From assembly GCA_963815115.1 (NCBI GenBank), contig CAWFFN010000009.1, positions 1,024,001 through 1,088,000 on the forward strand: a DNA stretch of 64,000 nt. The letters are read 5' to 3'. A program made the position numbers and the translations under genes. Source of the DNA: an uncultured delta proteobacterium. Its GTDB lineage: Bacteria; Desulfobacterota; Binatia; DP-6. The notes beneath the pieces are model-generated. The model did no database searches, had not been told where the DNA came from, and worked only from the letters and a program-made list of their open reading frames with translations. Positions 57,625 through 64,000 of the stretch are shown piece by piece. Positions within the stretch are counted from its first letter, which is position 1; each line of letters begins with the position of its first letter.

Positions 57625-60600
57625 GTGCCCGTGCTCTCCGAATCCCACCCCGCGCTGGCGCGCTTCTCGCCGGCCGTCGCCGCATGGTTCGGGTCGGCGT
57701 TCGCCGCACCGACGGCGGCCCAGGCCGGCGCCTGGGACGCCATCGCGTCGGGCAAGCACGTGCTCGTGTCGGCCCCGACCGGGTCCGGCAAGACGCTGGC
57801 CGCGTTCCTCTGGGCGCTCGACCGGCTCGCGGCCGCGCCGCGCGCGCGCGAGCCCGGGGTCCGTGTCCTCTACGTCTCGCCGCTGAAGGCGCTCGCGGTC
57901 GACATCGAGCAGAACCTGCGTGCGCCGCTGGCGGGCATTCGCGGCGCGGCCGTCCGTCTCGGACTCGAGCTCCCCGCCATCACGACGGCGCTGCGCACCG
58001 GCGACACCCCAGCCGAGGAGCGCCGGCGGCTGGCGAAGCACCCGCCCGACATCCTCGTCACCACGCCGGAGTCGTTGTTCCTGCTGCTCACGTCCGCGGC
58101 GCGCGACGCGCTGCGGACCGTCGACACGGTCATCGTGGACGAGGTGCACGCCGTGGCAGGCACCAAGCGCGGAGCCCATCTGGCGCTCTGCCTCGAGCGC
58201 CTGGATTGCCTGCTGCGCGCGCCCGCACAGCGCATCGGGCTCTCGGCGACGGTGCGGCCGCTGGAGGAAGCCGCGCGCTTCCTCGGCGGCGCGCAGCCGG
58301 TGGCGGTCGTCGCCGCGCCCGCCGACAAGCGCTTCGACCTCGCGATCGTCGTGCCGGTGGAGGACCTGGCCGCGCTCGGCCAGCCGGCGGGACCGGTGCC
58401 GAGCGGAAGCGCAGCCGGGGCCGAGGAGCGGACGAGCGTGTGGCCGCACGTGGAGGAGCGTCTCCTCGAGCTGATCCGCGCCCACCGCAGCACCATCGTC
58501 TTCGCCAACTCGCGGCGGCTCGCCGAGCGGCTGTGCGCGCGGCTGAACGAGCTCGCGGGCGAGGAGGTGGTGCGCGCGCACCACGGATCGGTCAGCCGCG
58601 AGCAGCGCGCGCAGATCGAGGAGGCGCTGCGCGCGGGCCGCATCCCGGCCGTGGTCGCCACGTCGTCCCTCGAGCTCGGGATCGACATGGGTGCGGTCGA
58701 TCTCGTCGTGCAGGTGGAAGCCCCGGACTCGGTGGCCACCGCGCTCCAGCGAATCGGGCGCGGCGGACACCAGGTGGGCGCGGTGAGCCGCGGGCGTCTT
58801 CTTCCCGAAGTACCGTGAGCGATCTGCTCGAGTGCGCGGTGGTGGTCGAGCGCATGCGGGCCGGCGCGATCGAGGCGCTGCGCACGCCGCGCAACCCGCT
58901 CGACGTCCTGGCGCAGCAGATCGTCGCGATGGTGGCCATGGACGACTGGACCGTCGACGGGATCGAGCAGGTGGTGAAGCGCGCGGCGGCGTTCGCGGAG
59001 CTGCCGCGGGCCGCGCTCGACGGCGTCCTCGACATGCTCGCCGGGCGCTATCCGGCCGACGTGTTCGCCGAGCTGCGCCCGCGCATCAACTGGGACCGCA
59101 CCACGCAGCGCCTGGAGCCGCGGCCGAACGCCCAGCGCCTCGCGGTCACGTCCGGTGGAACGATTCCCGACCGCGGGCTGTACGGCGTGTTCCTCGCCGG
59201 CGAGCACCCGACCCGGGTCGGCGAGCTCGACGAGGAGATGGTGTACGAGAGCCGCGTCGGCGAGGTGTTCCTGCTCGGCGCGTCGAGCTGGCGCATCGAG
59301 GACATCACGCACGACCGCGTGATCGTCTCGCCCGCGCCGGGTCAGCCCGGCAAGATGCCCTTCTGGCACGGCGACGCGCCGGGACGGCCGCTCGAGCTGG
59401 GTGCCGCCATCGGGCGCTTCGTGCGCGAGCTCGGCGAGCGCGACGGGCCCGCGGCGGAGACGCGCCTGCGCGAGGTGGGGCTCGACGAATGGGCGGCGGG
59501 CAACCTGCTGCGCTATCTCGCCGAGCAGCGCGAGGCGACGGGCGCCGTCCCCGACGATCGCACGATCGTCGTCGAGCGCTTCCGCGACGCGGTCGGCGAC
59601 TGGCGCGTCTGCGTGCATTCCTTCTTCGGTGCGCGGGTGCACGCGCCGTGGGCGCGGGCCATCGAGGCGCGGCTGCGCCAGCGGCTCGGCGTCACGGTGC
59701 AGTCGATGCACACCGACGACGGCATCGTGATCCGCGTCCCCGACGCCGACGATGCGCCGCCGGCCGATGCCGTGTTCTTCGAGCCGGAGGAGGTGGAGGA
59801 GCTGGTGACGGCGGAGGTGGGCGACTCGGCGCTGTTCGCGAGCCGCTTCCGCGAGTGCGCCGCCCGGGCGCTGCTCCTGCCGCGCCGCCGCCCGGGCGCG
59901 CGCACGCCGCTCTGGCAGCAGCGGCAGCGGAGCGCCGCCCTGCTCCAGGTGGCGAGCCGGCACCCCGGGTTTCCCATCCTGCTCGAGACCTACCGCGAGT
60001 GCCTCCAGGACGTCTTCGACCTGCCGGCCCTCGGGGAGCTGCTGTCGGCGGTGCGGCGGCGCGAGATCCGCGTGGTCGAGGTCGACACCGCGCTGCCGTC
60101 GCCCTTCGCCGGCTCGCTCCAGTTCGGCTACGTCAGCGCGTTCATGTACGAGGGCGACGCGCCGCTCGCCGAACGGCGGGCGCAGGCGCTGTCGCTCGAC
60201 CGGTCCCTGCTGGCCGAGCTGATGGGGCGCGCCGAGCTGCGCGAGCTCCTCGACGACGGCGCGCTCGCCGCGCTCGAGCTCGAGCTCCAGCGCCTCGACG
60301 GGGCGCGGCCGCTGCGCGGCGCGGACGACCTGCACGACCTGCTCCGGGAGCTGGGCGACCTGACGTCGCCGGAGATCGAGGCGCGGGCGCCGGACGGCGC
60401 CCCCTCGGCGACCTGGCTCGACGCCCTCGCCCGCGCGCACCGCGTGCTCGGCGTCCGCGTCCACGGCGAGGAGCGATGGATCGCGGTCGAGGATGCCGCG
60501 CGCTATCGCGACGGGCTCGGGGTGGCGCTCCCGGTCGGCGTACCGCACGCGTTTCTCGAGCCGGTTGCCGATCCGGTGCGCGACCTGGTCGCTCGCTTCG

Positions 60601-62042
60601 CGCGCACGCACGGACCGTTCACGCCGGCGGACGCGGCGGCGCGCTTGGGACTGGGCGTCGCCGTCGTCGAGGGCGTGCTGCACGCGCTCGAGATGGACGG
60701 TCGCGTCGTCGACGGGGAGTTCCGTCCGGGTGGCAGCGGTCGCGAGTGGATCGACGTCGAGGTCCTGCGCCGCCTGCGGCGGCGCTCGCTCGCGGCGCTG
60801 CGGAAGGAGATCGAGCCCGTGCCGCCGGAGCAGCTGGCGCGCTTCGGGCTCGCGTGGCAGGGCGTCGGCGCGGCGTCGCCCCGGCGGCCCACGCTGGACG
60901 CGCTGCTGCGGGTGGTCGAGCAGCTCCAGGGCGTGCCCCTGCCGGCCTCCGCGCTGGAGTCGCAGATCCTGCCGGCGCGCTTCGCAGGTTACCTGCCGGT
61001 GCTCCTCGACCAGCTCGGCGCGGCGGGCGAGCTGGTGTGGGCCGGCGCGGGCGCCCTCGGCCACAACGACGGCTGGATCGTGCTCGCCCTCGCCGAGAAG
61101 GCGGCGCTGCTGCTTCCCGATCCGCCGCCGCTCGATCCGTCTCCGCTGGCGCAGCGGCTGCTCGACGTGCTCGCCGGCGGTGGCGCGCTCTTCTTCCGCC
61201 AGCTCGCTTCGGCGGTGCGCGCCGGCGACGACACGGAGCTGCTCCTCGCACTCTGGGATCTGGCATGGGCGGGCCGCGTCACCAACGACACGCTCGCTCC
61301 GCTGCGCGCGATGCTGCACCGGAGGCGGTCGCGGCCGCGCGACGGCCGCCCGCGACGGCCGCCGCGTCCGACGCGCTTCGGACCGCCCGCCGGCGCTGGA
61401 CGATGGAGCCTCGTTCCGGCTCGCGCGGCGGACGCGACGCGCCGGCTGCACGCCACCGCCGAGCAGCTTCTCATGCGTCACGGCGTCGTCACCCGCGGCG
61501 CGGTCGTCACGGAGCGCGTCCCGGGCGGATTCGCCGGCGTCTACCCGGTGCTGAAGGCGTTCGAGGAGGCCGGCCGCTGCCGTCGCGGCTACTTCGTCGA
61601 GGGACTCGGCGGCGCGCAGTTCGCGCACCCGGGCGCGGTCGACCGGCTGCGCGGCCTCGGCCCTGCCGGCGGCGCCGTGGTGGTTCTGGCGGCCACCGAT
61701 CCCGCCAACCCGTACGGTGCGGCGGTTCCGTGGCCCGAGCGCGGCGCGCTCGACGCGGGACACCGGCCCGGACGCAAGGCGGGCGCCGCGGTCGTGCTGG
61801 TCGACGGACGGCTCGTGCTCTACGTCGAGCGCGGCGGCCGCACGCTGCTGTCGTACAGCGACGACGAGCGGGTGGTCGAGCCGGCCGCCGAGGCGCTGGC
61901 GGCCGTCGCCCGGGAAGGGCGGCTCGGCCGGCTCCAGGTCCAGCGCGCCGACGGCGAGGCCGTGCTCGACACGCCGGTCGCGCGCGCGCTCGCGCAGGCG
62001 GGGTTCCACCCCACGCCGTGGGGCATGCGCGTCCGTGCCTGA
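57625..62042 (+). CDS. lhr: Full-length Lhr helicase, frameshifted near 58790-58820
   Basis: PTGSGKT, DEVH, GLSAT, HHGS, TSSLELGID, QRIGR; then TSGGTIPDRG, RRGYFVEGLGGAQF, DPANPYG C-terminal domain. Confidence 0.9.
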
Positions 62043-62820
62043 AGGCGACACGGTCTTCCTCGCCGCCACGCGACTTCACGCGGCGCTCGCCGGGCAGACG
62101 CTCCGCCGGACCGACTTCCGCGTGCCGCACATCGCGACGGTCGACCTCGCGGGACGCGCCGTCGAGAGCGTCAGGTCCCACGGCAAACATCTCCTCTTCC
62201 GCATCGCAGGCGGCGTCACGCTGCATACGCACTTCAAGATGAGCGGATCGTGGCACCTGTACCGGCCGGGCGAGCGCTGGCGGGGACCGGGGTGGCAGGT
62301 GCGTGTCCTGCTCGAGACCGAGCCCTGGGTCGCGGTCGGTTTCCGGCTCGCCGTCGTCGAGCTGCTCCACACCGCACGCGAGCACGAGGTCCTGGGACAT
62401 CTCGGTCCCGATCCGCTGAGCCCGGCGTGGGATGCCGCCGAGGCGCTGCGCCGGCTCACCGCCACGCCGGAGCGGCCGATCGGCGACGCGCTCCTCGATC
62501 AGCGCGTGATCGCCGGTCCCGGGAACATCTGGAAGAGCGAGCTGTGCTTCCTGCGCGGCGTCGATCCGTCGACGCCCGTCGGCCGTGTCTCGCGGCCGGA
62601 GCGGCTCGTCACGCTCGTGAAGGAGCTGTTCGAGGCGAACCGGACGACGGGGAGCCAGATCACGACCGGCGACCTGCGACCGGGGCACACGCAGTGGGTC
62701 TATACACGCGGAGGGCGTCCCTGCCGCCGCTGCGGCACGATCATCCGCATGCGCGGGCCGCGCGAGCCGGAACGGGTCACCTACTGGTGCCCCTCCTGCC
62801 AGCCGCCGGCATCGTCCTGA
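62035..62820 (+). CDS. nei: Fpg/Nei family DNA glycosylase (endonuclease VIII-like)
   Basis: N-terminal PEGD, GKHL, LLDQRVIAG.GN, CRRCG..WCPSCQ Zn finger; overlaps the lhr stop. Confidence 0.9.
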   Translation: MPEGDTVFLAATRLHAALAGQTLRRTDFRVPHIATVDLAGRAVESVRSHGKHLLFRIAGGVTLHTHFKMSGSWHLYRPGERWRGPGWQVRVLLETEPWVAVGFRLAVVELLHTAREHEVLGHLGPDPLSPAWDAAEALRRLTATPERPIGDALLDQRVIAGPGNIWKSELCFLRGVDPSTPVGRVSRPERLVTLVKELFEANRTTGSQITTGDLRPGHTQWVYTRGGRPCRRCGTIIRMRGPREPERVTYWCPSCQPPASS

Positions 62821-62874
62821 CAACGCCGTCCTCACTCCTGGCACCGGAGCCGCCGGCACGCTATCCCCTCTGCG

Positions 62875-64000
62875 GTGAGCCGCCCGGTGCCCTGGGGGAT
62901 GACCCGCTACCAGTGGATCGTCTTCTTCGCCGCCTGGCTCGGCTGGGGGTTCGACGTCTTCGACGGATTGCTGTTCAACTTCGTCGCTCCGGTGGCCGTG
63001 CCCCGCCTGCTCGGCCTGGCGGCAGGCGATCCCGGAGGAGCCGCCCGCGTGACCGCCGTCACCGGCATCGTCACCTCGGTCCTTCTGGTCGGATGGGCGA
63101 CGGGAGGCGTGCTCTTCGGCCGCATCACCGATCGCCTCGGCCGCGCGCGCACCCTCCAGCTCACCATCATGGTCTATGCCGGCGCCACCGCGGCCTGCGC
63201 GCTGGCGCCCGACATCTGGACGCTCGCCGGCCTCCGCTTCATCGCCAGCCTCGGCATCGGGGGCGAGTGGGCCGCGGGCGCCTCGCTGGTCGCCGAGGTC
63301 GTGCCGCCCGCACGCCGCGTCGCCGCGGGCGCGTTGCTCTACACCAGCGCGCCGGTGGGCATCCTGCTCGCCGGGTTCGTCACCGACCTGCTGACGAAGC
63401 GCATCGACGTGCTCGCGGCGCAGCCCGATCTCGCCTGGCGGCTCGTCTTCCTGACCGGCCTGGTGCCGGCGGCGTTCGCGATGTGGATCCGCCGCCGCGT
63501 CGAGGAGCCGGAGATCTGGCGGCAGGAGCGCAGCGAGCATCCGCGCCTGCGCGAGCTGTTCGCACCCGGCCTGCGGCGTGCGACGCTGGGCGGTCTCGCC
63601 ATGTGCCTGGTCACCCTGGTCACGTGGTGGGCGACGAATGCCTTCCTGCCCTTCATCGCCGAGCATCTCGCCGGTCGTGACGCGGGCAGCGACGCGGTCG
63701 CCTGGCACCGGTGGATGGCGACGGTGCTCTTCACCACCGGGGGCTTCCTCGGGACGGTCGCCACCATCCCGCTTGCCCGCCTCGGTCGGCGTCCGCTGTT
63801 CGCGATCTACCTGGCGGGCGCCGCGCTCTCCATCTGGGTGACGTTCGGGATGGCGTGGGATCCCTGGACGCGCACGCTGCTGCTCTTCCTCGATGGGCTC
63901 ACCGTGTTCGGCGTGGTCGGCGCGTTCAGCTTCTACCTGCCAGAGCTCTTCCCCACCCGGCTGCGCGGCACGGGCAGCGGGTTCTGCTTCAACACCGGAC
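62875..64000 (+). CDS. MFS transporter, runs off the right edge; not in the ORF track
   Basis: WLGWGFDVFD, DRLGRARTL motif A, GIGGEW, ELFPTRLRGTG. Confidence 0.88.
   Translation, partial: MSRPVPWGMTRYQWIVFFAAWLGWGFDVFDGLLFNFVAPVAVPRLLGLAAGDPGGAARVTAVTGIVTSVLLVGWATGGVLFGRITDRLGRARTLQLTIMVYAGATAACALAPDIWTLAGLRFIASLGIGGEWAAGASLVAEVVPPARRVAAGALLYTSAPVGILLAGFVTDLLTKRIDVLAAQPDLAWRLVFLTGLVPAAFAMWIRRRVEEPEIWRQERSEHPRLRELFAPGLRRATLGGLAMCLVTLVTWWATNAFLPFIAEHLAGRDAGSDAVAWHRWMATVLFTTGGFLGTVATIPLARLGRRPLFAIYLAGAALSIWVTFGMAWDPWTRTLLLFLDGLTVFGVVGAFSFYLPELFPTRLRGTGSGFCFNTG

Overview
High-GC bacterial chromosomal window with about 65 tightly packed CDS. I saw no rRNA, tRNA, CRISPR array or transposase. The gene mix (many amidohydrolases, SDRs, acyl-CoA enzymes, LLM oxidoreductase, P450, DUF3604/HupE, Cys-tailed secreted proteins) resembles Binatia-type deltaproteobacterial-grade genomes; this is inference only. 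Most of the window is lipid/aromatic/amide catabolism plus housekeeping genes (pssA, namZ, otsAB, hrpB, rmuC, aqpZ, lhr-nei). Highlights: (1) two paralogous heme-oxygenase-like diiron (PqqC/CADD-type) enzymes, each beside an SDR; one sits in a compact locus with a 77-aa orphan, TetR, a P450 and an unannotated 40-aa membrane ORF whose promoter carries a perfect 18-bp palindrome. (2) Five type II toxin-antitoxin pairs, three of them in tandem, all with visible operator-like repeats, including a HicB with an unusual N-terminal Cys/His domain. (3) Two pairs of duplicated promoter motifs (hydantoinase B/A; maoC/thiolase operons). (4) A REP-like hairpin family. (5) A subtilase with non-canonical catalytic residues. 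Several genes (otsB, hydantoinase B, lhr, possibly doc) carry small insertions that look like assembly errors. All family calls come from motif recognition by eye, not from database searches.
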